Shown here in pieces: positions 1 through 15,130 of a stretch of 64,000 nucleotides of DNA. Positions within the stretch are counted from its first letter, which is position 1; every line of letters begins with the position of its first letter. Made by a program: the position numbers and the translations under genes. The DNA comes from Octopus sinensis (Eukaryota). Under the pieces are notes generated by a model. The model did no database searches. It saw only the letters and a program-made list of their open reading frames with translations, and was not told the DNA's origin. The stretch is from contig NC_043004.1 of assembly GCF_006345805.1 (NCBI RefSeq), positions 70,618,001 to 70,682,000 of the forward strand, in the 5' to 3' direction.

Positions 1-30
1 AATCAATTTATTCAACTAAAATTCCTCAAG

Positions 31-337
31 TAGAGGCGCATGGGCTAGTGGTTATAGCAGCAAACTTGCAGTCAAGGGATTGTGGGTCCAAATCTCAGAC
101 CAGGTGTGTGTGTTTATGAGCAAAACACCTTAGCTCCACATGGCTCGAGCATAAGGTAATGGCGAACTTCTGCTGACTATTTTGCCACATCTTTCTCTCA
201 CTCTTTCCTCCTGCATCTAGCAGCTCACTTGTAATGGACTGGCATCCCATCCAGGTAGGGAACTTATATGCCAATGAAACCAGGAAACCCTTATGAGCCA
301 GGCATGGCTCAAGAAGGAACAAACAACAACAACAAAG
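31..337 (+). mobile_element. tRNA-derived SINE family A (tail type ending in (AAC)n), nested in another SINE end
   Basis: tRNA-like head GAGGCGCATGGGCTAGTGG with decayed B box; (AAC)n tail; direct repeat TTCCTCAAG at 22-30 and 338-346 (TSD). Confidence 0.85.
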
Positions 338-519
338 TTCCTCAAGGCAGTGCTCCAGTATGGCCACAATCTAATGACTAAAGCAAGTTAAAAAAAAAAG
401 ATAAAAGTAACAGTTATTAAATAATGTAAGACACATATCAAGTGTGGATTCTGTCTGCTGGTGAAGAAAGTATAATGAGATGATGTTACCTGTCCACATA
501 ACTACCTGTATACCACATA

Positions 520-713
520 AAAGTCCTTATTCTGGTGCCTCATAAAAAGCACCCAGCACATACTGTAAAATTGCTGGGGTTAGGTTGGGCATTCAGCCAT
601 AGAAACCATGCCAAATCAGACTGGAACCTGTTGCAGCTCTCTGGTTTGCCAGTTCTGGTCAAATCATCCAACTCATGCCAGCATTGAAAACAGATGTTAA
701 AGGTTGATGATGT

Positions 714-725
<12 letters not shown>
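520..725 (+). mobile_element. RTE-type LINE/SINE 3' tail
   Basis: Recurrent motif ...GGCATTCAGCCATAGAAACCATGCC...CCAACTCATGCCAGCATTG followed by (GAT)n; more than 10 copies in the window. Confidence 0.75.
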
Positions 726-744
<19 letters not shown>

Positions 745-819
745 GGTGGTGGTGGATGATACCATAAGCAATTTTCATTATTTTTGCACTAACACACTGT
801 AATATTTTGACTAGTTTCA

Positions 820-1010
820 AGGCAGCGAGCTGACAGAATTGTTAGCATGCTGGACAAAACGCTTAGTGGTATTTTGTCTGTCCTTACGTTCTGAGTTCAA
901 ATTTGCCTTTCATTCTTTTGGGGTCAATAAAATAAGTACCAATTGAACACTGGATTCAACTAGCCCCCTTCTCCAAAAAATTGCAGGCCTTGTGCCTATA
1001 AGGGAAAGGA
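820..1010 (+). mobile_element. tRNA-SINE family C (Meta/MESC-like central domain)
   Basis: GGCAGCGAGCTGACAGAATTGTTAGC head, GAGTTCAAAT B-box-like motif, GCCTTTCATTCTTTTGGGGTCAATAAA core. Confidence 0.75.
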
Positions 1011-1792
1011 CATTTTGACTAGTTTTCAATACTTTATTATTTGTGATAATTTCTGTGCCTAACAAACTTATGTTTATTTGATTTCTCTAGCCTGCAGCAT
1101 GCAATCTTCCATCCATAGTACGACCACATTAGACACATGACAATTTTTTGATAAATTGAAAAACTAAAAAAGTGCATCTTACACACCAGCAAATATGGTA
1201 ATTTACCCTTCCAATTGAGGTCACAAACTTTGCTAATTCTTGCAAGATCTAGCATAATTTAACGTAACATAGCTAATGAAAATAGTTAACAAGTAGAGAG
1301 ATATAAATCTAGATAATTTTTAAAATGATGTAGCGTATTCTAACTGGTTTTCATTGTCAGTAGTTTTACAATTTTAATGAGATGGCCTAATTATACTCCA
1401 TGATAAAATGTCTGGCAAATTTAAGGACTAAATAGATTTGGTAATTCCAGAATAGCCAGTCATTACAATCAAGAGCATGACTGCCATTTATAATATTAAT
1501 TGTACGTAAATTTGCTTCTCACATAATGATCTTTTACTTAATGAGTGGATGTATGGAAGCAATTGAATCATTTAGTTGAGGTATTCTTGTACATTAAACA
1601 ATGGAAATTGGAATTGGAAAAACCAATTTATTTTAGTGACTGGTAGTTTCATTTTAGGATTCTTTAGACTAGTATATATATGTGTGTACATATCTATCTA
1701 TCTATTTATCAATCTATCCACCCATCAATCCATCCATATGTCTGTCCATCCATCTGTCTGTCTGTCTATCTATCAATCTATCTATCTACATA

Positions 1793-1823
<31 letters not shown>

Positions 1824-2027
1824 TCAAGAGTCATCGAAGAGACCATAAGTTTCGTATATCTGTCAGTAGAGTGGATCTATTATGGGTATATTATAGTATT
1901 AAATATCCTTCATGGCTGGTCTTACCAATCAGTTTGACGTAAAGAACACAATGGAGGTAACAAACCAATTTATGCTCATCAGAGTTAGCCAATATGGAAG
2001 GGAATATAGCGACTACTCTCTGTTGTG

Positions 2028-2067
<40 letters not shown>

Positions 2068-2070
<3 letters not shown>

Positions 2071-2490
2071 GTGTAGTGGTGTGGTAAGAAGCTTGCTTCT
2101 CAACCACATTGTTCCAGATTCAGTCCCACTGGGTGGCACCTTGGGCAAGTGTCTTCTACTATTACTCAGGCTGACCAAAGCCTTGTGAGTGAGTTCAGTA
2201 GACATTGCGCATGTGCGTGCATGTATGTGTGTGCATCTTGCATCTGTGTGTATGTGTGTGTGCATGTGTGTGCATCTGTGCATGCATGCATGTGTGTGTG
2301 TGTGTGTGTATCTTTGCATCTGTATTTGTCCCCACTGCTTGACAACTAATGTTGGTGTGTTTACATCCCTGTAACTTAGCAGTTTGGAAAAAGATACCAA
2401 AAGTACCAGGTTTAATACAGAAAAATAAGTACTGGGTTTAACTGTAGGTGGTGCCCCAACATAGCCATAGTTTCATGACTGAAACAAGTA
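2068..2490 (+). mobile_element. tRNA-SINE family B with expanded internal (TG)n
   Basis: GTGTGGTAAGAAGCTTGCTTCTCAACCAC head, CTTGGGCAAGTGTCTTCTACTAT body, ATGACTGAAACAAGTAAAA end. Confidence 0.8.
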
Positions 2491-3294
2491 AAAAAATAAT
2501 ATATATATATATCGGTATAAAGTCCAAGAAGGACTAGCAGGCCAAAAGTTTGTAGTCGGTCACTGTCATCATCCCTCTTCTCTTTTTGTAAAAGTTTAAT
2601 AAGAATGTACTCTTCTAAGAAATACCAAATATATATAATGACATAAAAACAAACATTAATTTACATAGAAATTCTCCCTTCTCAGCTTGATAATCTAAAC
2701 CACCTTGGGTAATGCTCCCTTCCCAGCTGAAGGGGATTTTGTCTTGCAAGTTACTCAGTGGCCCTGTCAGTGCCAGTGCCACATAAAAACCATCGGTGCT
2801 AGAGCCACGTAAAAGGCATCCAGAAAACTCTGTTAAGGGGTTGGCATTAGGAAGGGCATCCAGATGTAGAAACCAAGCCAAAACACATGACTGGTACCTG
2901 GTGCAGCTCTCCAGCTTGCCAACTCTAGCCAAACCGTCCAACCCATGCCAGCATGAAAATGGACGAGGGTGATATAAACAAACACATACACAGAGACACA
3001 GACAGAAGGACAGACAGATGGACAAACAGGCCAATAGATTCAGTTGATCATTCATTTGTTTATTTAATGTCCATTTCCCATGCTGGCCTGGGTTTCACAA
3101 ATATATAGTGAGGTATTACTTTAAAACTTGATGATTTTTCCTGTCAGTAATCCATACCTGTTTTTCAAGTAATCGAGTTTTATTCCACACATCTTTGAAA
3201 GCACAGAAGGCTATGGAACAATTAATTCATCGGCAGGGAATGTCAATAAATGTCACTGGTTTTTTGTTCAACTCTTTTCATGTGAGGATGCCAA

Positions 3295-3625
3295 ATGTCA
3301 ACACGTACACTCATGTATATACAAATGCATACTTATGTACATACATACTTACATACAAACAAATATATATATATAAATACACATATATATGGATATATAC
3401 ACACACATATATATATAGACACACACATATATATATACATATATAATATATATATATATTATATATATATATATACTAATATATGTATATATAAATACAT
3501 ATATATATGGATATATACATACATATACACATATATACATATATATATACATACATATATATATGTATATATATGTATGTGTATATATATATATGTGTGT
3601 GTGTGTGTGTACATATATATATGTG

Positions 3626-3671
<46 letters not shown>

Positions 3672-3796
3672 TACACACACATATATTAATTCTTGTTTTG
3701 ATGTTTAATTATAATAAAGCAATTTTACATTAATCTGAAGTGTAAAAATTTATTTAGTATTCTTTAACAAGAATAATATTGACAGCAACTTCAAAG

Positions 3797-3831
<35 letters not shown>

Positions 3832-3840
3832 ATATATAAA
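3295..3840. repeat. (TA)n/(CA)n compound microsatellite
   Basis: Direct reading; source of the YI-rich pseudo-ORFs. Confidence 0.95.
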
Positions 3841-4194
3841 GCCAAGAAAGTGTGTGACCTAGTTGGGTGCTGGGATTCATGATTGTAAAGTCATAGCTTC
3901 AATTCTTGGACTGGGCAGCATGTTATATCCATAAACAAGGGATATTATTTCATGTTGTACCAGTCTACTTAACTGGAAATGAGCACCACCTGAGATCTTG
4001 TGCAACAGCTCTCCCTCCCTCCTTCCAGCTATCACATCCTTTTTGTTCTGTTGAGTCAGAGATGAGAAGGTCAAGAGTCTGTCTGTGTCTGCTCACAACA
4101 GTATAGGACACCTAGAACAATTGACAAAAGCATGATAGAAACTACCAGTTCTTACTCACAAGTGTGAGAGACAACTAAGCATCCTTTTTCCATA

Positions 4195-4261
4195 TATAGA
4201 TACAGGTTTGTGGAGTTTGTGTATATATGTATATATATGAATGTGTATGTGTACATGTATG

Positions 4262-4299
<38 letters not shown>

Positions 4300-4444
4300 A
4301 TATATATATATATATAGATATATATATATATATATATATATATAGATATATATATATATATAAACATACATACATACATACATATACACACATGCATTTA
4401 CATATATACCCATGCACAAGTACACACACACATTTATATGCATG

Positions 4445-4480
<36 letters not shown>
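4195..4480. repeat. (TA)n/(TG)n microsatellite
   Basis: Direct reading. Confidence 0.95.
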
Positions 4481-4482
<2 letters not shown>

Positions 4483-5956
4483 TGGCTGCTGAATAATATT
4501 ATGTATGAGTGCAACAGACACTTAAACACTTAAAACAATGTTCTTCATAAATAATAGAAAATGACTAACTTTGGCACAAAACCACAAATTTTATAATGAC
4601 TTATAAATGATTTGGTTGTTTACCACACACATACACACTCCCCCCTCTCTCTCTCTCTTCTATCCCCAACTCCTTGTATCATCCTGGAGCTCTTCTATTA
4701 TTCCTTCTTCTTCCTACTCATTATGTCGAAAGTAAAGGACAAGAGAATGGAGACAATGCAGAGAAGAGGGTAGACTTTTGTGCCATTAGGAACAAGACAA
4801 TCTGTCTGGGTGCTGATGGATGAACAACTGGGAAGAATACAAGGTACAAAGGACACATTAATTTCATAGGAAAGAAAGCAAACACTCTGGTGATGGTGCT
4901 TTGATAAAACATGCATCCAGTGCATTGGGGAAAAGGGTTGGTGATAGGAAAGGCATCCAGCCATAAAAACAATGTCAGAAATGGAATTTATGAGCATGAC
5001 ATGGAACTATCTAGAAGTGTGGTTCTTCTGAACTAGAACTAACTTGGATGAATCCATCCAATCCCTATTACAATGGTAAAATGGACTTAAAATGATGATG
5101 ATGATACACACACACACACATATATATATATCAGAACTGAGTGCTTGTGCACCACCTTATAGCTTCCTTGGAGCTTCTAAAACATACATATATATATATG
5201 TATGTCATCATCATCCTCATCATCATTTAATATCTGTCTTCCATGCTGGTGAGCTGGTAAGCCAGAGGACTGCACAAAGTTGCATTGGTCTGCTTTGGCA
5301 GTCTAATACACAACTCCAACTCAGTCAACATTGTTGTCTGAGTTTTAGTTAAAGCTACAGCTTTAATAAGTCTGTCCAGAGTTGCTTCTCTTCAGTATTT
5401 CCCATCGGTAATGGCTAAAGAGCTAGAAACACATCTGGGAATCTGTCAGGGTGCAGCACTGAACAGATATGGGGATTTTACAAACATAATTTTAACTAAC
5501 CTGAAGTTCACTTATGCCTAAACACTGTTTGGTGCTGATACTGCTGTAATATATCTGTGTGTGTGTGTGTGTGTGAGTTAATATTTTGAACATGACTGAG
5601 TGACTGATAATATACAGCATGCTATACAAGCTCATCCAACCATTATATTATCAGAAGCATGAAACTTAGAATAGTTGCATTTAAATCTTGTGTATACAAA
5701 ACAATGTTTACTTTTAACTCTAATAATAGAACTGCACACATGTGCACACATGCATGTGTGCATTTGGATTTACAACCAGGAAAAGAATAGCCAATATTTG
5801 TAGACTGTATTAATTTATTCAAAGCTGACACAGCTCTGTTGCTGTGAAAGACAAATGAAAACCTGAGTAGCAATGTTGGATAGCCTCGGCTTCAAATACA
5901 TAAATACATAAGTGAGTGGGGATAGCCAGCATTCCACAGATAAATACATGCATGTA

Positions 5957-6041
<85 letters not shown>

Positions 6042-6454
6042 TATATATGATGGAAATACATTTGTGACCAAGTACAACTCCTTCCTAAACTCAGTAAGTC
6101 CTTGCAAACATTCCGAGACTCCAAAAACTTCCTGTGTGTGAATTTATTTTGAGAGGATAGTGTTTGGCACAGCATGGAACCCACTTTTCAGTGCAATCAA
6201 CTATAAAACCAGTGGCACAACAGAGGTTGAGACGACCAGAGACCAACCTGCCCTTCTGGCATTTTATTCAAGTTTACCTTCTTGAAAGAATTCTAACAAG
6301 AAATAGGGGTCCTTCACTCCCATTGGTTCACATGTGTGTTAACCCATAACCAGGATTATGACAAATGCTACTAAGGGTGAGAGTAGACCTAGGAAAAATA
6401 GGGGATAAGTAGTAGTCCGATACTCCTCAAAACACATATGCATACATACATATT

Positions 6455-6487
<33 letters not shown>

Positions 6488-6582
6488 GTATACATAAACA
6501 CACGCACGCACGCACACACACACACACACATACACACACGCATACAAACATACACACAAATAAGAAACTCCTTCATAGTATT

Positions 6583-6812
6583 TATTACTTTATTGCCCAC
6601 AGGGGGCTAAACATAGAGGGGACAAAGAAGGGTAGACAAAGGGATTAAGTCGATAACGACCCCAGTGTGTAACTGATACTTATTTAATCGACCCTGAAAG
6701 GATGAAAGGCAAAGTCAACCTCGACGGAATTTGAACTCAGAATGTAATGGCAGACAAAATACCGCTAAGCACTTCACCCAGCATGCTAACGTTTCTGCCA
6801 GCTCGCAGCCTT
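6583..6812 (-). mobile_element. SINE family C, full length
   Basis: Reverse complement of the family C consensus; flanked by ACTCCTTCRTRGTATT at 6567-6582 and 6813-6828 (TSD, 2 mismatches). Confidence 0.85.
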
Positions 6813-7002
6813 ACTCCTTCGTGGTATTGATCCATCAAAATGATAGTAAAAAAATACCTGCCAAAGTACTGCCAAACGGAATTGAACTCTAAAGTACATG
6901 GTTGCAGAACAATCTTATTAACCACATGGCTATGCCTGCTGCACACCACACCCCACCCTCACTCTCATTCACATACACATATAAATATACATATACATGT
7001 GT

Positions 7003-7039
<37 letters not shown>

Positions 7040-7729
7040 GGGTGTGTGTGTGTGTGACACAGACAGAGCATCTTAAAAATTCAGTGATTAAACTAGACTG
7101 ATTCCAGTTTTGAGTGATTGGAAGAGATTCAAATGTTGGATTTATTGAGCAAGATTATTTTTGAGTTAATCCAATAATTATTAGCTATAAATGCTGATTA
7201 GTTAGAAGTAAATTCTAATTATTATTTCTAAGCTGTTCCTTAATCTCTCCAAACCTTAATCCTCTTATAAAAACAAGAAGAAATAAAAGTAGTAGAAAGC
7301 AAAGAAGAAAAAACTAAACCTTCCTACAATCCAAGAATATTTAGTAAGCTGTGGAACACCAAATGAAAGTTTATGTAAATAACTATTTATAAGTTTTGAA
7401 ATTCAGTAATAGTATGGAAACAAACATGATAACTTGTAAGTTAAGAAACTGACAAACTGAATTCTGAGGGACCGCAAAAGAAACAAGAAAATAAAGAAGA
7501 CTGAGACATGGATGAAATAGATTTGAAGAAAACTGGAAATTGGTAACCCGAAAACTGAAAGTTGAGGAGAAATGAAAAGGAAGTTGTTTACTTAGCATTG
7601 GGAAATAAATGACTCATTTGATTGATTGATTAATTGATTGATTAATTGAGTGATTGATTGATTAATTTAAAGGTGTGATGTGAAGTGGGAGAAGACTGGG
7701 GTTATAGAATGTATTGTTGGTAACAAAGT

Positions 7730-8075
7730 ATTTTCTCTCTATTTATGTTTTTCTTTCTCTCTATCTCTTTTTTATCTCTTTCTTTCTTTCTACTGCTTTC
7801 TCTCTCTCCACCTCTCTCCATCTGTCTTTTCCTTTGTCATTCTTACCTCTCTCGTTGTCTATTCCTGTCTCATTGGCTTTCTCCTTTTCTCTCTCTTTCT
7901 TTCACTCTCACTCTCTCTCACTCTCTTCCTCACCCCACTTTGTAATCTTGTGCCTGCTCTCTCACTCTCTCTCTTAGTATCTTCCTCATTCTCATTTTCT
8001 CTTGCTCACATCCTCACTCTCTCTTGCAGTCTCTTCCTTACTCTCCCACCCTTGCTCTTTCTTTCTATTGTTACT

Positions 8076-8113
<38 letters not shown>

Positions 8114-8120
8114 TTTCTAC
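7730..8120. repeat. CT-rich polypyrimidine tract
   Basis: Degenerate (CT)n ending in pure (CT)n. Confidence 0.9.
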
Positions 8121-8707
8121 AAAAAAGACCATTTGAATGATGCAAATGTCCAAAAAGATGATGTGTATTTACTGAATAATGGACAATGGCTATAGATAAA
8201 TCATAAGACACAAATGCCTGTGGCACATAAAAAGCACCCACTACACTCTCGGAATAGTTGGCATTAAGAAGGACATCCAGCTATAGAAACCTTGCCAGAT
8301 CAGATTGAAACCTTGTGCAGCCTCCTGGCTTGCCAGTCCTTAGTCAAACTGTCCAACCCATGTCAACATGGAAAGTGGATGTTAAACAATGATGACGATG
8401 ATGACGAGAGAGATGTAAAGAGAAAGGAAGAGAAAGAGAGAGCATGTATATCATTTGTTGAATAACGCAAAGCTAAATTTACAAACATATAGAGTAAGTT
8501 AAGATAGCAAATAGATATGAACAGGACTGATTTACATATCAATTTAATGATTAAAGATCCTATGCTAATTCCATATATTTAACGATGTATATCATCTTAT
8601 TTGTGTTGAAACCATAATGATATCCGTTGGGCAGCTGATGATAGAGGTATGTCAGATTGTTGGTATGGCTGTTTTTTGTATATGTGGAACAGTATTATTG
8701 GATTGTA

Positions 8708-9020
8708 TGTGGAGGCGCAATGGCCCAGTGGTTAGGGCAGCGGACTCGCGGTCATAGGATCGCGGTTTCGATTCCCAGACCGGGCGTTGTGTGTGTTTAT
8801 TGAGCGAATTCACCCAAAGCTCCACAGACCTCTGGCAGGAGGTGGTGGCGATCCCTGCTGTACTCTTTTGCCACAACTTTCTCTCACTCTTTCTTCTGTT
8901 GGCCTGCTCGCTTAGCCAGCGGGGTGGCGTCATTTGAAGGCTAAAACCATGTGAAGCGCATTGTGACCAGCGATGTGTAACAGCATCTGATTGCCTGGTC
9001 GGTCACGGTGATCACGGTGA
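8708..9020 (+). mobile_element. SINE family A, young, tail ending in (CACGGTGAT)n
   Basis: A box TGGCCCAGTGG, B-box variant GGTTTCGATTCC, CpGs retained; perfect 13-bp TSD TTATTGGATTGTA at 8695-8707 and 9021-9033. Confidence 0.92.
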
Positions 9021-9336
9021 TTATTGGATTGTAGGTATAGCTGTGGATTAGTATTATAACACATCCTTTTGATATATACAAATTGCAAAAGTGCATGTCC
9101 CTGCGGATATACATCTTAACAATTGCAAGTTTGTAGTTTCAGTTCCCAAACCATGCAGTGCATTGTGTTCTTGAGCAAAACACATAATTTCATGTGCACT
9201 CAGCTCAAAATGAGTAACCCTGCAGCAGGGTTTAGATGTAGTGTTGTGACCAGGGTTACTTATACACCACGGAAACCATGTGACTAGCCCTATGAATCCT
9301 AAAGTGAAGCAGTAATATCCGGAGGAGCTTACTTTA

Positions 9337-9639
9337 CTTTATTTATTGTTGTTGTTGTTTGTTCCTTTTTGAGGACCAGTTTCCTGGTTTCACTGGCATA
9401 CAGGTTCTCCACCTGGATGGGACACCGGTATGTTGCATGCGAGCTGTTAGATGCAGGAGGAAAGAGTGAGAGAGAGAGTTGTGGTGAAAGAGTCAGCAGA
9501 AGTTTGCCATTACCATCTGCCGGAATTGCATGGAGCTTAGGTGTTTCACTCATAAACACACACATCGCCTGGTCTGAGATTCGAACCCATGATCCCTCAA
9601 CTGTGAGTCCACTGCTCTAACCACTAGGCCATGTGCCTC
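9337..9639 (-). mobile_element. SINE family A ((AAC)n tail type)
   Basis: Reverse complement of the element at 31-337. Confidence 0.8.
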
Positions 9640-9684
9640 CTACTTTATTTACATATACAAATTACAAACAATACATATATAAAT

Positions 9685-9990
9685 ATGTGGAAGCACATGG
9701 CCTAGTGGTTAGAGCAGCGGACTCACGGTTGAGGGATCGCAGGTTCAAATCTCAGACCGGGTGATGTGTGTGTTTATGAGCGAAATACCTAAGCTCTACG
9801 CGCCTCCGGCAGAAGGTAATGATAAAAATTCTGCTGACTCTTTCACCACAACTTTCTCTCATTCTTTCCTCCTGCATTTTGTAGCTCACCTGCAACGGAC
9901 TGGCGTCCCGTCCAAGTGGGGAACCTATATGCCAAGGAAACCGGAAAACTGGCCCTAATGAGCCAGGTGTGGCTCAAGAAGGAGCAAACA
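9685..9990 (+). mobile_element. SINE family A ((AAC)n tail type)
   Basis: Same head and tail as 31-337. Confidence 0.8.
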
Positions 9991-10971
9991 ACATATATAA
10001 ATATATGTTCAATATATAACATAAATATATTAAAAAAGTATTCAAGAACAAAAATACAATGAAAAACCAACAAAATCAAACAAGACTACTATGAAGGACT
10101 ACAATCCGAAATGTTGAACTACTTTGTTTCTTCCTTTCAGTGTCAAACTAATTACATAGTACTGCTGGTTATGCCTTATCATTATATCTTCAATATATGG
10201 TGATGCAGAACCTAACTTTGAATTATACTGGACTTGACTGATATAATACAAAAGGGTATGTAGACAGAGTTTTAAAAAAATAGCATCACAATCCCTTAAG
10301 AACTGATGGAAATAGTGGCACTATATGCATTACCCTACATTTCAGCTCACAGTAAGGGAGGAACATAACCCTTAATATCTACTTCTACATCCTTTGCAAC
10401 CTCAGTTTCACAGACCTTAACACCTCTCTTGTTCCTAAAACCCATTTTCATCATTGTTCTTAACACTGATTGGTTCTAGCTTTTTAAGATGGCTTGGAAG
10501 AAAACTGATTTTTAAGGATGGCTTGGGATAAACTAAACCTTTGAAATTTCTCTCAAATAAAGGATCCAACATGAAACACTAGATTTCTTCTCTCCTTTAT
10601 GAGTAGAAAAGTCATATGTGTAGGTAAGTGCACTGAGTGAAAATAGTATGACAGATGATTAGTGATAAGGAATGAGTTGGATGCAGAAGATATCAGTTCA
10701 GTGGAGAGGAGGAAGTGAAAGAAATAGGGCAACTCAGAAGATTGCTGGAAGAGTGAGTGTTAGATGGTGAGGTCTGGGGAAGGCTGAATTCTGCTGAGAT
10801 GGATGGGTCTTCTTAAGCACAGCATATCGTTATTCACGTCAGTCCCCACTCTCCATCATCTTTGCTAACTTTTTGTAGTTACAAATTGTCGAAGCAGACC
10901 TATCATTTATTTATACAACAGATTCTAGAATCTACCTTTGAAATTTCAGTTTCACTGACAACATTATTTAA

Positions 10972-11195
10972 CCCTTTAGCATTCAATCCAGTCATATCCA
11001 GCCTAAATATTCTACCTGTGTTATGTTAAAATTGACAAGATCCAAACTCTCGTTCCTACCTACCTTACTATGTCATACTAAGAATATAAACAATCACATC
11101 ATCAAAATCTCCAAGTTACAAGATAATATATGATTAATTCAAAACAATGTGAATAAATATGCATTACATTTGACAGAATAACCTAAATGAACATG
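10972..11195 (+). mobile_element. piggyBac-like MITE, right end lost
   Basis: TTAA|CCCTTTAGCATTC left end; body matches 62401-62620 and 55958-56174. Confidence 0.65.
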
Positions 11196-11280
11196 AGAAA
11201 AGTGAATAAAGTACTGACCAGAATTGCATATTCTATGCATGTCCAGTGAACACTATCACACACCCACCAAAAATGATAAA

Positions 11281-11668
11281 TCTTTATATATAAAAGTGAA
11301 GTTCTGTGTCTGTCTCCTACGATTTAGATTCCTAACTACTCCCACATTTTGCGGTGCAGTTTAACCATCTTATAGTCGTGATTCATATCGAGTCTTTCTG
11401 GGTATTAGCGCACGTCTACGATGAGTCTACGATTAAAAAAAAAATTTACCATAATTTTTTTCCATTTTAATGCATTTTTTCGCTATTATATAAGGGAAGT
11501 AACTCCCTAAAAATGTCTACGATGAGTCAACGATTTTTAAAAAAAATTTACCATCATTTTTTTCCATTTTTAATGCATTTTTTTGCTATCTTTTGGCTAT
11601 AACTCTCTAAAAAGGCTTATATAGTTATTTCCCTTACAAACCCGAGCAACGCCGGGCGATACTGCTAG
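11281..11668 (+). mobile_element. Non-autonomous Helitron (388 bp)
   Basis: A|TCTTTATATATAAAAG 5' end; CCCGAGCAACGCCGGG hairpin then CTAG|T 3' end; A/T insertion site with no TSD; internal ~75-bp direct duplication. Confidence 0.85.
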
Positions 11669-13092
11669 TTTTCTATATTATAATTCTATTCTTAAACTAT
11701 TCTAATATAATGTGGACATGATTTGTTTTTGAAATCTAATAACACATACTCTGAAACAAAGATTAAGTCAGGTTTAAGTTGTATTATATACAGAATCTGT
11801 ATAAAGATGTGCACATTTATACTAAGCCACAATAGTAAGTTCTGCATTGTAACACATGCTTTCGCAACCACCACCATCTGCTACTGACACCAATTTGCTC
11901 AACCCATGCTATTACGACGAAACAGGTCTAATCATCTCACTTGTTCTTGATTCAGCCTTTTATAGTACAAAATGTTTTATGCATCTTTTATTATTTTAAT
12001 TTTTTACCTTTTAGTCGTTAGTCATTTCAGTCATTAGACTGCAACAGACATAAAAACAATGATGATGATGATGATGATGGTATATATCCTTTTCTACTCT
12101 AGGCACAAGGCCCGAAACTTTGGGCACACAACTGGTACTTAATTTATCGACCCTGAAAAGATGAAAGGTAAAGTCAACCTTTGCGGAATTTGTACTCAGA
12201 ATGTAAAGACAGACAAAATACCACTAAGCATTTCACCTGGCGTACTAACTTTTTTGTGCCAGCTCCCTGCTTTAACGATGGTATATATATATATATATCA
12301 TTAAATATACATTGTCATTAAATTATCATCACCATTATCATCATCATCATCATCATCCTCATATTTATCATCATCATCATCCTCATATTTATCATCATCA
12401 TCATCATTGCAGTCGTCACCGTCGCCGTCATCATCATTGTTATCATTTAACAGTCATTTTCCATGCTAGCATGGGTTACAGTTTGACAGGATCTGACAAG
12501 CCATAGATTTGCATCAAGCTCCAATGTTGGCCCTGGCAGGATTTCTATAGCTGGATACCCTCCCTAATGCCAGTCACATTTTAGTGTGTACAGGATGCTT
12601 TTTTTCATGACACTTGCAAGGTCACCAAGTAACTTGGAAACACCTGCTCTGTTTTTCTATTTACCCAGGTATTTCATTACTTAACAAACACCAAAAACAT
12701 GCTATCATTTTAACTGATTTTTGTTGAAATTTCTCTTTATTTTAGGTTTAAATTTGAAGTGGTTTTTCTTGTTCATGAAAGATCTTTAGCATGATTTTTA
12801 AACAGCATCTTTTTTTATAAATTTTGTAAAATATTAGCCTTAAGATACTTCTGTTGCTATTGTTGTTTATCTCATTATTTTTGTTGTTGCTTAGCTCCAG
12901 GTCAATCCTGATTAGATAGTATTTTAATTCAGATAGATTTCGATTCAGTCTTGGTGAGTACTTGTTCACATTTTCCTCAGCCATAGGGTGAGGTTATGTA
13001 TGGGTGTGGTCTAAGAGTTCAGTATTGTTAAACAGCTGCTTACTGAACAATGGCATTTATGAAATGAAGCTGGGGACACACATCCTTTAGAG

Positions 13093-13756
13093 TAGGGGTC
13101 AGGAAACCTTTTTAACCAATTGCCCAAAATATATTTATTTATACCAACGTTATTTATACCAGGAAGAAAATAATAGATTCTTTGAATTCAAAAATTTTAT
13201 GGAATCTATTTATATGGAGAATATAAAATTATAAGTATAAAAAGTATAAAACAAATACGATAAAATAAATATCGTCATAATGAAACAAAAGGATTGGTCT
13301 AGAAACATTTTCACTTCAGGTTTCATTTTTGTTGAAATCACATCAAAATTGGGGCATTTTGATGCCAGAGCAATTTAGATACAGTCTTCAGGGTCAAATC
13401 AATTTTGTTAAAGGGTTGAAATGAATAACTATTTAAATCTACTTAAACAAAGCAAAAACACTCAAAAACACTCAAAAAATAAGATTAAGGCAGGAAATAG
13501 ACAGCTGACAAATAATATGCTTAGTCACTAGGCAATGCTTTAGCAACCAAATTGTTTGTAGTTCAAAATGGTGTGATGTCTCCTAAACACATCCATTTCA
13601 TTGGACTGATGCAGTGTTGTCAGAAGAAAAATTTCTGTCATAACAAGGAACACATTTTTTATATAATTTTACTTACGTTTAATGAGTCCTCATTACCCCA
13701 CAAGAATTTCATTTTTACCCCACTTGGAGTAATTTACCCCACTTCACTGACCCCTG
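13093..13756. mobile_element. hAT-type MITE
   Basis: TIRs TAGGGGTCAGGAAA / TTCACTGACCCCTG; 8-bp TSD CTTTAGAG (13085-92) and CTTTAAAG (13757-64). Confidence 0.85.
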
Positions 13757-14639
13757 CTTTAAAGGGACTTAGGCCACTACAGCCTCCCCACCCCTGCTTT
13801 AGGGTTGAGGAGAGCAATGAATCAGTTGCTTGTTTGACATCATTGAAGAAGGAAGTAGGAAAACTTATACAAATAATGTTTACAAACAAATCTTGAGTAT
13901 TTAGGACATTGAACTCTGAAATCAATCATGTCTTAGCATATCTTGGACTACATTATTCAACGTATCATTCTTTAGAAAGCAAATGGTAGTTGGATAGTTG
14001 AGGGAAATTTGGCAAATATTTGTATGATATTAGTGACAAAAGTAAAGTGAAGAGACCAATTTGCATATTTAACATAATGGTTGTATGAATGTGTTTTTTT
14101 TGGGGGGGGGGGTTTTCATGTATTAGAATACTTTCTGAAAGAACAGAGCTGGTTCCTTACAAAGAAACAATCTCCATTGCTGGAATTTTATAACAATGGC
14201 AAATATTACATGTTGAACTTTATTTAGAAAAGTCTTGCATACTTTTATGGTTCCACTTACAGACTGTATTTGTAAAGTGCATGCTAACCAATTTCTTACT
14301 TTACTTGAAAATCCTAGCTTTTACAGACTCAAATACACCAAAAACGTAAATTTGTAATCAGGATAGAGGAACTGCAGATTTCAAAGTAGTTATCTTTTGT
14401 CTTTTATTTCTTTCAGTAACTGGGCTGTGGCCATGCTGGGGCACCACCTTGATGAATTTTAGTTGAACAAATTAACCCCAATGCTTATTATCTTTTTTTT
14501 TATATTTTTAAACCTGGTACTTATTCTATCAATCTCTTTTGCCAGATCACTAAGTTACAGGGACAAAAACACACCAATACCAGTTGTCAAACAATGGTGG
14601 GGAACAAACACAGACACAAAAACACACACACATGAATAT

Positions 14640-15130
<491 letters not shown>

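Noticed and set aside
3295-3708. Long YI/HT/CV-rich ORFs here and throughout the track
   Set aside because: Translations of (TA)n, (CA)n and (TG)n microsatellites; open on several frames and both strands
8708-8785. tRNA gene
   Set aside because: The tRNA-like part continues into a SINE body with a TSD; the acceptor stem is not complementary
10141-10256. Exon-like segment (TTTCAG ... GTATGT)
   Set aside because: Stops in all three frames; could only be non-coding and there is no other support
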